DNA of 64,000 nt from Eledone cirrhosa (taxonomy: Eukaryota). The stretch is from the NCBI GenBank assembly GCA_964016885.1, contig OZ024743.1:317874001-317938000 (forward strand). The letters run 5' to 3'. The notes beneath the pieces are model-generated. The model did not search any database, had not been told where the DNA came from, and saw nothing but the letters and a program-made list of their open reading frames with translations. Below are positions 1 to 12,462 of the stretch, one piece after another (the stretch's first letter is position 1; every line of letters begins with the position of its first letter). Position numbers and translations under genes: made by a program.

Positions 1-1070
1 ATTATCATACAGGAAATATCTATCGGGGAGTTCCTTCCCTACTCTCATGATCTTATCTGTTTCATGCTCGAGAGACGGGCTCCTACGCTTCGAGGTTCGT
101 AGATATTGTCGGAGGGATATGATGCGACATTCAAATGCTGTCTGGACTGATGTTAGACCTCTGCCTCCCTGCTTACATTTCAAGTAAAGGCGGTCTATGT
201 CACTGTTGATGTGGAAGTTTCCGGTGTTGTTTAGTATTTTTCGAGTTCTAACATCAACTGCTCGGATTTCGTCTATCGTCCAATTGAGTATTCCAAACGT
301 TGGTGTTAGGACAGGCACAGCAAACACATTGTGAGCTACTGTTTTGTTTTGCGCAGAGAGTTCCGATGACCAGATCTTTCTTAATCGGGTGTAGTATTCC
401 TTGGTTACGCGTTCCTTATTACAGATACCATTATAGGATATGTTCTCATCTATCCCCAGGTATCTGTAGCAATCCTCATCAGATCTCGGTGAAACAGTTA
501 GGCCATTGATGACAATGTTGCTAGATTGGGTTGTTGTTTACCCCGCTTTACAGTCATATATGAGCATTTATCTTGACCAAACTCCATTCCTATATCCTTT
601 GAGAACGTTGTAACCAGGTCAAGATTTTTCTTCATCACATCCATGTTCTTGACATAGCGTTGCAGATCATCCACAAAGAAATTATGAGTTGGGTTCGTAT
701 TTTTGTCCTCCTGTGAGCCAATGATGTATCCTTCACATGTCTTGAGCAGAAAGGACAAGGGGTTTAATGACTGGATGAATAATATCACAGAGAGACTGTC
801 TCCCTGAAATATACCCCTGCGATATTTTATTTCATCAGTGAAAATAGAGTCCTCCCTCTCTGTCTTTAACCTTAGGATAGTAGCCCAAGAAGAAGACAGC
901 TTCTCTATGGCTCTGAAAATAATGTCTGGAGCTGGAGGGCCTCTATCATCCAAGAGTGGGGAACAGAATCGAAAGCTTTCCTGTAGTCCAGCCAGAAGGT
1001 AGCCATATTCCTCCTAAGTTGTCGCACCTCCGACATCGCAGTTTTGTTGATTAGGAGTTGTTCAGAACAC
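1..1070 (-). mobile_element. R4/Dong-clade non-LTR retrotransposon, degenerate RT fragment
   Basis: ORF 498-953 reads YRRGIFQGDSLS, FVDDL and FSKDIGMEFGQDKC. Flanking frames give LDYRKAFDS and IDRLYL..QGGRGL, with frameshifts. Confidence 0.85.
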
Positions 1071-1654
1071 ACACTCGGGTAAAATTTGTGAAATTATAAA
1101 ACCAGAAGAACATACATACATACATACATACATACATACATACATACATACATACATACATACATACATACATACATACATGCATGCATGCATACACACA
1201 TACGTACACGACTTTCTTTTAAACGCTGTCTGAACTGAAATGGAGGGACATTTTTTTCTGAGTTTGTAACCAACTTTTCCTCATCGGTGAGAGCGTTTAA
1301 AATAAAACCAGAAGAATATACTCAGACAATGGCGGAGGAATCCCCGGTATAATATTTTTATTGGGATCATATATAAAGGTTTCCATCAGAAGGATTGTAC
1401 TGGAATAAATATAATAAACACAACAATTGTTGGGTATATTTAACACACTTCAACACAAAGAAGATTCACACGGATGTATGTATATATGGTGCCGTAACTC
1501 CTAATAGGGTCGTAGGGCGCCGTATTGACATACACCGTTTCTTTGGCATATTTTAAGCAATGAGCCGGAATGAATACCATAAAGCATTCTCTCCGACGTT
1601 CTAACGACTCAGCCAATTCGCCGCCTATGATTCACACGGAAACATCTTTTAAAT

Positions 1655-2327
1655 CAGGAGTCACAAACTCAAGAAATCAAAAGAACCATTACGTTCTGGG
1701 GAAACGATATGGCGGGCCAAAGGTGAGATGAGGTGGGAGGGAAGCGTTATTTCCACCAGTTATAATGCTAATCTACAATACAGCTGACAGGCTGCCATAT
1801 GTATTTATTTATTTTCCATCAAAATGAATACGTATATGATAATACGAGGGTGGGATGAAAACTTCATTGAAGGAGTGATGCTAGAGCTGTGAAATCTTGC
1901 TCGCATTAATTTCAACTCTTCTTCTTATTAATAACAGGGTTGTTTCTTTCCAGGTAAACTGACAGCTGACTATTCAAAGAAGACTTCAAAAGTAACTAGT
2001 AGCGACTTCTGTTGAAAATGGACAAAATTTGGCATCGTGGTGTTATCAAGTACCTGCAGAAAAAAAGGCTTAGCCCCCAAGGACATTCATACTGACATGG
2101 TTGCTACATTAGTGGATGATGCTCCAGCTTTATCAACTGTTCGAAAGTGGGCAGCTGAAATTAGGGGAGGAAAGGGATAGTTTTGAAGATGATCCAAGAT
2201 CTGGACGTCCTGCATCTAGTAAGATATTTGAATGAGTATAACATGTAGGGGAACAGATTTTCCGTCTGAAATGTTCTGCGGCGGTCCATAGAAAAGTGGT
2301 TTGTGGGCCGCATGTTTGAGACTCTTG
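1655..2327. mobile_element. hAT (Charlie-like) non-autonomous element
   Basis: TIRs caggagtcacaaac / gtttgagactcttg (12/14 match); 8-bp TSD ttttaaat / tgttaaat. Confidence 0.7.
1843..2214 (+). mobile_element. Mariner 5' fragment (TIR plus HTH region of transposase) nested in the hAT element
   Basis: Starts TA-CGAGGG. From 2018, with frameshifts: MDKIWHRGVIKYLQK..LAPKDIHTDMVATLVDDAPALSTVRKWAAEI..GRDSFEDDPRSGRPA, the typical mariner N-terminus. Confidence 0.85.
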
Positions 2328-2414
2328 TGTTAAATGAAAACACTCGAGCTACCATAGTTGTTTGTGACATGTCGTCTTAGAGTATTTCTTACGGTTCTTC
2401 TTAGTTCAAACCCC

Positions 2415-2512
2415 CGTGGATTGCTCAGCCACTTGCACGTTAATTCCATGAGCAGGCTGTTCCGTTGATCGGATCAACTGGAACATTCGTCGTCGTAAGC
2501 AACAGAGTGCTA
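2415..2512 (+). mobile_element. SINE family S2, 3' fragment
   Basis: Matches 54360-54460 (gctcagccacttgcacgttaatt...tcaactggaaca). Confidence 0.7.
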
Positions 2513-2694
2513 TCATGTATGTATGTATCTTTATGTATGTATCTTTATGTATGTACGTATGTATGTATGTATCTTTATGTATGTATGTACGTATGTATGT
2601 ATGTATGTATGTATGTATGTATGTATGTATGTACGGGGCGGGGACATAGAAATAATCGGGCTGGACACCCGATCGCGGAGTTAAACGACTGTGA

Positions 2695-4088
2695 ATGAAG
2701 GACCCCTAGCCTTTGTCAAGGCATTCTTCTAGGAGAAGGCAACTCAGGAAACTGGGATAACTCCGATATAAAACCTGCGGCTCAGTAGCTATCGATGTTC
2801 TTGATCTTTTCTTCTTTTCGAGTTATAGCTACTGTCGCTCGGAGAGTGGGATTGGCTCAGTGTACAGTCTTTCCTCACTTTAAAAAAAATCTTCACGCAC
2901 AGGCATTGCACGATAGCATTAATTAGTAATTACTAATAATGTTATATCGTGCAATGACCATACTCGATAACGACGGGGCAGCCATCATGAATGTATGTAT
3001 GTTTGTATGTATGTATCTATGTATGTCAGGTCACCAGTTGGTGCTACTGGTAACATGTATCCCAGTACAACCTGTCTCATGGTCGGGTCATTGGCGACTA
3101 AACTGGCAACCCCACCAAGGTTTCTTGACTTTGGACATCCTGCAGGAGTAAAAACAAAACCTGTCAAAGGGCAAAGGAGCTCTTAAGAGTCAATGGCCAT
3201 CCAAAATCACCGGGAGAGATGACCCCTTAGCCTTTGTCAAGGCAGAATTCTACGAGAAGGAAAACTCTGATATAACACCTGCAACCCTGATGGTATCCAA
3301 TGATGTTGACTTGTTCTTCTTTTTGGTAAATATCATCTTAGTTAAGAGAGTGGGACTCGCTTTGTGCAGTGCCTTTGCTCACTATAAAAGCTTCACGGCA
3401 CAGGCATTGCTTTATATCTGGAGATCTCTCTGCACTTGTCGTCACATGGTACCATGGGCCCAGCATTATGTGTCAATAATTGTCACAAGTGCAGTGTTGT
3501 ACCAGAGTTTTCAAGTCGCTGGCTGGACTAAAAAGTCACACTCGTTCAGCGCATCAGTAGGGGTTCTCCTACATGGATATGAAGTAGTGGCCGTACTCTA
3601 AAACGAGTTGGAAGCCACCATGAATGTATGTTTCGATGTATATGTATGTAAAACCCATCAAAGGACAGAGGAACTCGGGAGAGTCAATAACCATCCTATA
3701 AAGTATGGAGGGGGGTGAAAGACTTCTAGTCTTCATTAAGACATCTCTCTAGGAGAAGGTTACTTTGATATAAAACTGCGATTTCGTTTGCATCCAATGA
3801 TATATATACCAGTTCTACTTATTGGGTAAATGCATTTGATTTTCAGAGAGAGGGATTGACCCCATGCAAAGCCTTTCCTTACTTAAAAAAGGTTCAAGTA
3901 CAAGCATCGCTTGATATGTGATATTTTTTGCGATGCATGGTATTGCTGGCCATGGGCAAGTCCCTGGCAGGACTAAAAACCCACGTCTGTGATACTCATG
4001 CTTAAGTATCAAGCGATGGCCTTACTCGAAGTCGAGTTGCAGCCATCATCATCATGTATGTATGTATGTATGTATGTATGTATGTATG

Positions 4089-4119
<31 letters not shown>

Positions 4120-4632
4120 CATATAACCCAGTAAAACTTGTGCATGGTCGGGTCGTTGGCGACTAAACTGCAACCCCACCAAGCTTGCTTGGTGAGGAGG
4201 GTGATTTTGGACACCTAGAAGGATGAAAAACAAAACCCGTCAAAGGGCGGAGGAACTCAGGAGAGTTAATAGCCATCCTATTAAGTATTTTTTCTTTCTG
4301 TTTTTGTGGAGCGAGAGACTCCTAGTTTTTATTAAGCCAAATCTAGAGGAAGGTCACTCTGATATAAAACCTGCGACTTTGTTTGCATTCAATGATGTAG
4401 ACCAGTTCTACTTTTTGTGCAAATGCATTCGATGTTCATAGAGTGGCATTAGCCCCGTGCAAAGCCTTTCCTAACTTTAAAAAGCTTCAAACACAGGCAT
4501 CGCTTAGTATATGACATTTTCTGCGAAGTATGGCATTGCTGGCCATATACATGTCTCTAACAGGACTAAAAAGCCACGTCCGTGATGTTCATGCTTAAGT
4601 ATCAAGCGATGGCATTACTCGAGCAGCCATCA
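2695..4632 (+). mobile_element. Four head-to-tail copies of a ~0.3-0.6 kb non-coding retroposon (family B) separated by (TATG)n
   Basis: Shared ggcgactaaa and aggagaagg..actctgatataa motifs (RTE 5'UTR-like) and a 3' gcagccatcatg(tatg)n end. Near-identical copy at 44730-45245. Confidence 0.75.
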
Positions 4633-4638
4633 TGTATG

Positions 4639-4738
<100 letters not shown>

Positions 4739-4744
4739 ACTTCT

Positions 4745-4875
4745 CTGTCACTCTCTAACCTTCTCTGGAAGAAATCGGCTGTGTTCAAACATGGAGAAGG
4801 ATGGGTTCCACCAGGTTTTAAATGCCCAAGAAACGCTGTATGCCCCTGCGACTCCATCAGGAGTTATGGGTCTTT
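4745..4875 (+). repeat. Unclassified dispersed repeat (family N)
   Basis: Homologous to 20328-20460 (+) and 63440-63580 (-): ccttctctggaagaaa...ttttaaatgcc...gactcc..ggagttatggg. Confidence 0.65.
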
Positions 4876-5456
4876 ATACAATATTGGCAAAAAAAAGAAC
4901 ATAAATGTAAGGAGGAAACTACAGTCGATTGAATATCTCACCTCAATCTCAAGCGACCGAGCAAGATTTGAATGCAGAACGTGAAGATCTTCATAATAAG
5001 AATATAATTCCTTTATGGACTATTAAAATAATAAATAAACTTGACTGGCAGCTTCTCCGCCTGTTGAAACATCCCACCACTCGTCTGTTTTCTCACGGTT
5101 AACAGATCTTATGAAAATATGTTTTTAAATATGAGAAAAAATATGTAAGAATAGTTTTTCACAATATTAGTCATCGAAATCTATTGTTAATTACAGAGAA
5201 GTTAATATACGCTTTCGTCTTTTAAGAAATGTTTTATTTCAATAACCAAGTTCAATAACCAAGGAGACCTTTCATTAAAGATGACGTTTTTAAATATATG
5301 GCGGTATCAGCTTTTTTTTTTTTTTATTAAAAGAAATATTTGATAATTCAAACAAAAACAAAGACTATTGCTTGGGGGCAACTGAAAACATACCTAAAAT
5401 GAGATATAATTAACTGACTGACTTTCTTTATTTTTCTATATTATATCATATAAGAA

Positions 5457-5625
5457 CGGTGGGTTGGCAGGATCTTTAGAGCGTCAGAGAAAATGTATTG
5501 TGGCATTTAGTTTTGGCGCTTTGTGTTCTGAGTTCAAAATTCACCGAGGGCAACTTTACCTCTTCATAATTCTGGTATCGATAAAATAAAGTACTTGTCA
5601 AATACTAGGATTAATATTATCGACG
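5457..5625 (+). mobile_element. tRNA-derived SINE family S1 (degenerate)
   Basis: A-box-like tggcag, B-box gagttcaaa and body tcgataaaataaagtac, shared with many other copies in the window. Confidence 0.7.
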
Positions 5626-5776
5626 CCACAGTCCATTTCTTATCTTTTGAAAAGGGTGTGGTAACCTCTATTCGGGGATGGCTTGTCAATTCGGTGTTAC
5701 TGTAACAGCAAGCCATCCCCGAATGACACACAGGCATCAATGCTAAGCATTATGGGTTGGTAGGCACGATGGAGGG

Positions 5777-5814
<38 letters not shown>

Positions 5815-5835
5815 TCCTCCATCGTATATATATAT

Positions 5836-6004
5836 AGGAAAAGAGTCAGGACCCCGACGGCTGAGCTCCGGCCTTTTCGACAGCTAGATCCGAACTAAGC
5901 CACCAGACTGGGGTCTTGACTCTTTTCCTATTACCCACTCTACTACCCTAAGTATTGAGTACTCTGGTGCGTTATGGTCCACCTGGTATCTTACCCTACC
6001 CTCT

Positions 6005-6005
<1 letters not shown>
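5836..6005 (+). mobile_element. PLE-type short fold-back element, family C, in (TA)n
   Basis: Inverted ggaaaagagtcaggacccc / ggggtcttgactcttttcc plus a tail shared with 30078, 55515 and 56932. Confidence 0.7.
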
Positions 6006-6041
<36 letters not shown>

Positions 6042-6158
6042 CAAGATAAGCAGAACAAGTAAAATTTAATCAATTTTTCAAAATAAATCAAATTTAATAT
6101 ACAATCAAAATTAATCAAAATTAAAAAATATAATATAAATATTTACCTATTCTAATGG

Positions 6159-6236
6159 CCCTAACTGTACAGTTTCACGGTGCAAAACATTAAATATCAC
6201 CAGGATATTAATGGAAAAGCAACGATCATCAGAGAA
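6159..6236 (-). ncRNA. Type I hammerhead ribozyme motif
   Basis: Minus strand: ttct CTGATGA [long stem II] GAAA ctgtacag TT aggg; palindromic stem III. Confidence 0.7.
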
Positions 6237-6774
6237 GCATTTTCCTGTCCTAGGGTTAAAAACCCCAGGAACGACAAAATATATGACCTCACTCCAACTA
6301 ATACAGGTCTAAAAGGTCGTGAAAGTGACCCGTAAATACATTGGTGTATAGTGAAGGCGGGAAATCGTAGACTCGCCGTCTATAATCGCCACTAAAAAAA
6401 GATTTTTAGTAACTAAATATAACGACAAATTTGTATCTCTACATATGGAGATTATTGAAAAAGGTTAATATATATCTGAGGGTACAATGTACCCCCGGAA
6501 ATATATAGTGTGTCTATGATTTAAGGTGGTTCTATGGTAATAATTTGATATACCAGAACATAATATCAAGATAAGCAGAACAAGTAATATATATATATTT
6601 ACGGTAAATATTGATGCAATTCAATTCAAGCACTTTACGTACTTTTTCCAAATATATATATATACACACATATATATACACATATATATATATACATATT
6701 ATATATACATATATATATATATATATGCTTCATTTAAGCTATCCTGACTTGTGTCGGACACAAATTTGTGATAT

Positions 6775-7232
6775 AAGCCTTACGTCAGTTCCCTCGACAA
6801 GCCACTTGAACAAAATCATCAGGAGGAGCCTTGACGCGGTCGGTTTCCCATCACAACTGAAGGGTGAGCACTCAGGCGGAATAATTCTCTTCCCGTTCAA
6901 GGGAGGTATATCTCTAATCTGGGACGCCACGTGCTGCGATACATTCTCGTTTCGACCACAAATCCGCACACTTTCCTCCCGTAATTCGGAAAAGAGGAAG
7001 ATAACAAAATACCAGAAATTGAACGACCGTTTCCATTTCATACCGGTTACTGGTGAGACTTCCGCTAGTGAGACTTCCGCTGTCCTCAGTATCTCAACTA
7101 CTATTTGTTTCGGCAAAATTGGGAGGAGTGTATGCGATCTGAGGAAGGAACCCCGTGAAGTGAAATGGCCGATTGTGTTCTCAGTGGCAATGCCTTCACC
7201 ATTTTGTCCGCAGGGTACAGTTGAGATGTACC
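6775..7232 (+). mobile_element. CRE-like non-LTR retrotransposon 3' fragment (RLE domain)
   Basis: HLNKIIRRSL...LFPFKGGISLIWDATCCDTF...KITKYQKLNDRFHFIPV; paralogous to 19555-20060. Confidence 0.75.
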
Positions 7233-7305
7233 ACCGCTCTCTTCTCCTTTCTCTTACTTTCATTATTTAATTTTTTTCTCTTTTTTTCTTTTTTTATTGC
7301 CTACA

Positions 7306-7341
<36 letters not shown>

Positions 7342-7392
7342 TTCGTTTAACGTCTATCTTCCACGCTAGCATGGGTTAGACATTGTATGATT

Positions 7393-7608
7393 ATTTCTAC
7401 ATTTGGCACAAGGCCAGCAACTTGAAATGCAGGGGAAAGTCGATTAAATCGTCTACAGTACGTTACCTATACTTTATTTTATCGACCCCGAAAGGATGAA
7501 CGGCAAAGCTAACCCCGGCAGGATTTGAACTCAGAATGTAAAGAGTCGTGACTATATGTCACAAGGCATGTTGTCCGACGTTCTACCGATCCTGTTGCTA
7601 TCCACCGC
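7393..7608 (-). mobile_element. SINE family S1
   Basis: Reverse complement of the S1 consensus. Confidence 0.8.
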
Positions 7609-7959
7609 AAACATTATATAATCCAACTAAAATTTGTTGAATAAAAGTTATCCTATGTTATTATATATATTATATATGTTAATATATAGTTTATATTATA
7701 TAATACGCATATATTATATGTTATATGTTCTATTATCTTATATATGTTAATATATATTATATGTTATATAATATATATTACATGTTATATGTTATATTAT
7801 ATATTATATATACATATTATAACATATGTATTTATGTTATAATATGTATAATGTCCATGAAACTTTTACACCTCCCACATAACGTGTATATTTGATATAA
7901 AGAGTGGTGTGCTCATGTGCGATGATGCTATGAAATAGCTTCTTTATTTTTACGCTAAA

Positions 7960-10900
7960 CTCCGCTAGCTGCAGACTGCGCACCAACATGAGATATTTTT
8001 CTACACAAAGTTCGATCACCAGCAGCAGAGTTTAAAGTGCAAAAATCAAGTTCAGTCCATAAGTTGACATTGTCAAGCAATCGTTTTGGCTGCCGGCCGC
8101 TGCTTCTCTTACCAGCCAACCTTCCTTCCACATAACCTACTCACACCACGAGTTGATCTTTTTATATGGCCGGATAGTTTGAGTACTCTTGACTTGACAA
8201 TTCATGTAATTGGTCTAAGTTTGGTCATTTTGAGCAGCTCACTGATACAGATACGATCGCTGAGCCGCTTGCCAGTCATAAGTCTCATGATGTGGTCCTG
8301 GAATGTAGAGAGCTTCTGAAATGACCTTGTCATCTAATTAACACAGTCAAGACCATATAACTCAACTGGTAGGATGTAAGTATCAAAGATCTTAGCCTTC
8401 AAATGGTAGGAAACTCGTTTTGATGTTAGTACTTCCTTGTTCTTGTTGAAAGCCGTCCAACCTAGAGGAATGTGATATTGCACAGCCACCATTCCATTGT
8501 TGTTTGATGATAGTTTGTGACCGAGATATACAGACTCTGTAACTTGAGCAATTTGCTGGTTGTAGATTGTGAGTTGGAGATTGGCATAGTTTTTATCAGT
8601 TGTCATACATTTTGTTTTGGAGATGTTGATATGTAAGCCAGCCTCCAGCGAATGTTTGGCCAGTACATTCAGAAAGTCTTGCTGATCAGTTCTAGAGTAA
8701 CGCATGATGGCCAGATCGTTTGCATAACTAAGATTTGATAGTATTTTACCACCTATTTGATAGCCAGAGGAACATTCTTCTTCAGTTTAGTTGATAAACG
8801 CAGCTATAACTATACAGAAAAGAAGTACTGATAGTACCCCCCCCCCCCATGCTTAACTCCCTTCAACATGTGTATACACCATGTAGTTCCCAAATCTGTT
8901 TTGATATATGCTGTTGAGTTGGTGTAAGTTACTTTCTGTAGGTTGATGTATTTTTTGTTAATTGAGGTTTTGTTAAAGAGTTGCCACAAGCCGGGTAGTT
9001 TCACCTTGTCAAAAGCTTTTGTGAAATCAATGACAGGGTTGTTGAATACTATTGATTTTTCAATGATTTGTTCAATAGCTAGGATCTGCTCAATGGTTCC
9101 TCTTCCAGGTTGATACGCAGCTTATGTTTCAGGCCATGAGGCGTAAAGGTCTGACTTCACTCGTGTGCAATGATAATCATGAAAAGCTTGTAAACGTGAC
9201 TCAGTAAGCTGACAGGATGATAGTTCCCACAATCAAGTTTGCTACTTTTTTTGTAGAGTACAACTATCAATGCTTTCTTGAACATGTCTGGGCTTTTTCT
9301 TGTAGTGATAATACAGTTAAAGAGATGTTGAAGTGCTTTGATAATTGCTTCAGCTCCAGCTTTGATGAATTCTGAGTATATATTGTCCTGTCTAGGGCTT
9401 TTTCCTCTCTTCAAATTTTTGATGGCATGAGATATCTCGCTCGCTAAAATAGATGGAATGGCATCTGATGTCGAATCATGAATGGTTGTTTGTTCTGAGT
9501 TGCTGAAGTACAGTTTTTCATAGAATTTAGCCCAGCGTTCAAGGATATCATCTTTGGAAGTAAGGATAATATCGTTTGAATCTTTAATGCTCCAGCTAAG
9601 ATTTCTTGGTTTACTCTTTAGTTTCTTCAGAATAGCATGATATAACCTGTTGGGTGGTGGGTTATTCGGCTCCTCAATGTTGTACATTTGCTTAAGTTTG
9701 TCTGATTTAACGAGTTTTTTGGATTCAGCCTTTGCTATTCTATATTGGGCTGATGGGTGGCCACCTTCTCTTCTGATTTTATGTTTTTCAGATATTGCTT
9801 TGTTTGTTTGTTGTGACATCCACTATGGAATGGAAAGGCTTTCCTTGGGTAAAATTTCTTCAGGTACCTCTTTTATGCCTCTGCAGATAGTATCATAAAT
9901 CTTGTCAGTCTTCATCAGATTGCAAAGCTGAAAAGCTGTTTTGCAACTCGAGTTTAATTCGGCTTGCCGTTTCGTTACATGAGAGCTTGTTTAAGTTAAC
10001 TTTCGATGGTATTTTAGTTCTTTGTGGTCAAACAAAGTTGATGCGAAATCTCGTGCGCACCATACGATGGTCAGATATATCAGGTGTGTTAAGAGCAGTG
10101 CTGTCTAATATGCTTAGTCTTGCTGAAGATTTTCTTGTTATTATAAAGTCTATTTGATTCTTAGTTATACTGTCTGGTGATATCCAAGTGGACAGGTTTT
10201 TCTTTTGAAGTAATGTGTTGGTGATCTGCATATTGTTCCTCGTACAATATTCGGATAGAAGCACGTCTCTCGAGTTAAATGTACTTGTAGTATATTTCCC
10301 GATACTTGGTGGAGATGATTCGCTCAGTTGCCCAATTTTGCAGTTAAAGTCACCCATCAGAAAGAGGTGATCTCTCTTTGGTGTCTTACATATTATGGCC
10401 GCTATGTTGTCATATAACTCATTGATTTCTTCATCTGGATGTATAGATGTGGGAAAGTAGCACTGGATAAGTACGAGTTTATAAAACTTACTTTTTAAGC
10501 TCAGAACAGTTAGTCTGTCTGATATAGGTCGATAGTTGTGTACTAATGATGCGCACTTTTTGTTTACCAAGAAACCCACTCCATTCATGCGAAGAGTCTC
10601 ATTGCTTGACAGATAAATATGGTGTCCGGTATCTTGGTACATCGTTATTTTGTTTTCGTTTGAATTAGTCTTTGATAGTCCGATAATATCCTAGTTTACT
10701 TTCTCAAGTTCATACATCATTGTCTCAAGAGAGTTGGTATCACGGTCATTGATGGTACGTGTGTTGTATGTGCAGATATTAAAGATCTTTTCTTTTGTCT
10801 GTTTGTTTCTTCTATTCGTATAAACCAAACCAGTCCTAGGTTGCTGGTGTGATCCCATAGTCATAGCTGTCACATCAGTCTGGGGCTGCTAGTTGTCCTC

Positions 10901-11165
10901 CTGTTCACTCTTCGAGGGTCCGGAGGTGGCCTCCTCTGTACAACGAATCTTTGAGGTAACTTTTTCATGTTAATTTTATGAGCCTACTCTTCCATGCTGG
11001 CTCAAGGCATGTTGGAAGAGAACGTTTGTAAGGTAACGCAAAAACCAGTGTTTTATCGTGACACCATCTCTAGGTGGGTTGTCAACCAATATTAAGAGAG
11101 ACTCCACCCACCCTCATTAAGAGAAGCTATCCCGCGCCAGATCTTAACTTGGTACTTTAACCTTC
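7960..11165 (-). mobile_element. Near full-length degenerate RTE-clade LINE (5'UTR, APE endonuclease, RT)
   Basis: CTYNTRT, GVGFLV, MGDFN, NQIDFI and SDHRMV (APE); ERWAKFYEKLY, GKSP, YHPVSLLS, GLHINISKTK and YLG (RT); many stops and frameshifts. Confidence 0.9.
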
Positions 11166-11404
11166 GCAGTATATACATATATGTATACATATATGCACGC
11201 ATACATACACAAAAAAAGGTTGGGTCGTCGGCGACTAAACCCCACCAAGTTTAATTGGTGAGGCGGGTGGTTCTGGACACCCTGTAGGACAAAAAACAAA
11301 ACCTAACAAAGGGCGGAAGAACTCATAAGAGTCAACGGCCATCCAAAAAATGTGTAAATATGTATATACTGTATGGGTTTGCACGTTTGTCTGTATATAT
11401 ATAC

Positions 11405-11462
11405 TCTTTTACTCTTTTACCTGTTTCAGCCATCCGGCTGAGGCCATGCTGGGGCACCGCCC
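11405..11462 (-). mobile_element. 3' end of an octopus-type SINE
   Basis: tactcttttacctgtttcagc...ggccatgctggggcaccgcc resembles the common octopus SINE tail (recalled, not searched). Confidence 0.55.
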
Positions 11463-12383
11463 TTTAATGTATGTATATATTTGATAAAAAAAAATTTTAA
11501 TTTTTAAATTAAAATTTTTTTTTTAAATAAAATAGCTTATATATGTTATAATAAGTACAATAACCATGAAACTCTTACAACCCCCACATAACAAATGACT
11601 AACTGATGCTGATGTCATTGCGTGGTGATTTAAACAGGTTTGTTTTTTTTGTGCCGCATATGTAATTATTGTTTGATTGAGTGGATCTATAACCAAAGGC
11701 GTTTCAGTTTTGACGATCCCATCTTTTTAAAGGTATAGTTGATCTAGACTACTTTACCTCATGTATTCTTTCTGAATAATACTTACTGGTTCTTTTGTCA
11801 GCGTTCCCCCAGAATAGGCTGAGTCTTTACTTGTGATGTTGTGAGCCACAATATCACAAATAAAGACCACACATACATGGTCATCACAGACGTCCAACGC
11901 AGATAATGTCAGCCAATCACGATTCCAACTATAGACACCATATATGTAAAGACCAGGCATTAACTGAAGATCCAGCTTGATAATGTCAACCCACTTTTTC
12001 AATCGTCTACCTTGCTAATTACACCATCATTGGAAGGGCTCTGGTGTGACCGAGGCGGGATTTATCGGGAATCTTTGAAGAGCCCCTTCCTTGAGCAGGG
12101 CGCCCACTTCAAACAGAGTTCTTGCTACCTTCTATCAATGATGTTACTTGATGTATATATGTATTTATGTTTGTGAATGTGTGGTTATATGCTTGTGTGT
12201 ATGTGTGTATGTTCACAATAACCACTCCTTTGCCACCTCCATTATTTGACCTCATGACCTGATAGTGGGCTGATGTATTTGAAGAAATTCGAATTATTTC
12301 CTCTGTATTTAGTATCTCTCTCCCCCCTCTCTCTCCTCCTCTATACCCCCCCCCCCCTCTCTCTCTCTAAATATTATTTGTAT

Positions 12384-12462
12384 TTAATCAATTCTGATGA
12401 GCTTATTATAACAGGACTGGAATATTCTAGTTATTCTAACGAAACTGTTGTAAATCAATTAA
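12384..12462 (+). ncRNA. Type I hammerhead ribozyme motif
   Basis: ttaat-ca-att CTGATGA g...c GAAA c tgtt GTA aat-ca-attaa; stem I has an internal loop. Confidence 0.55.
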
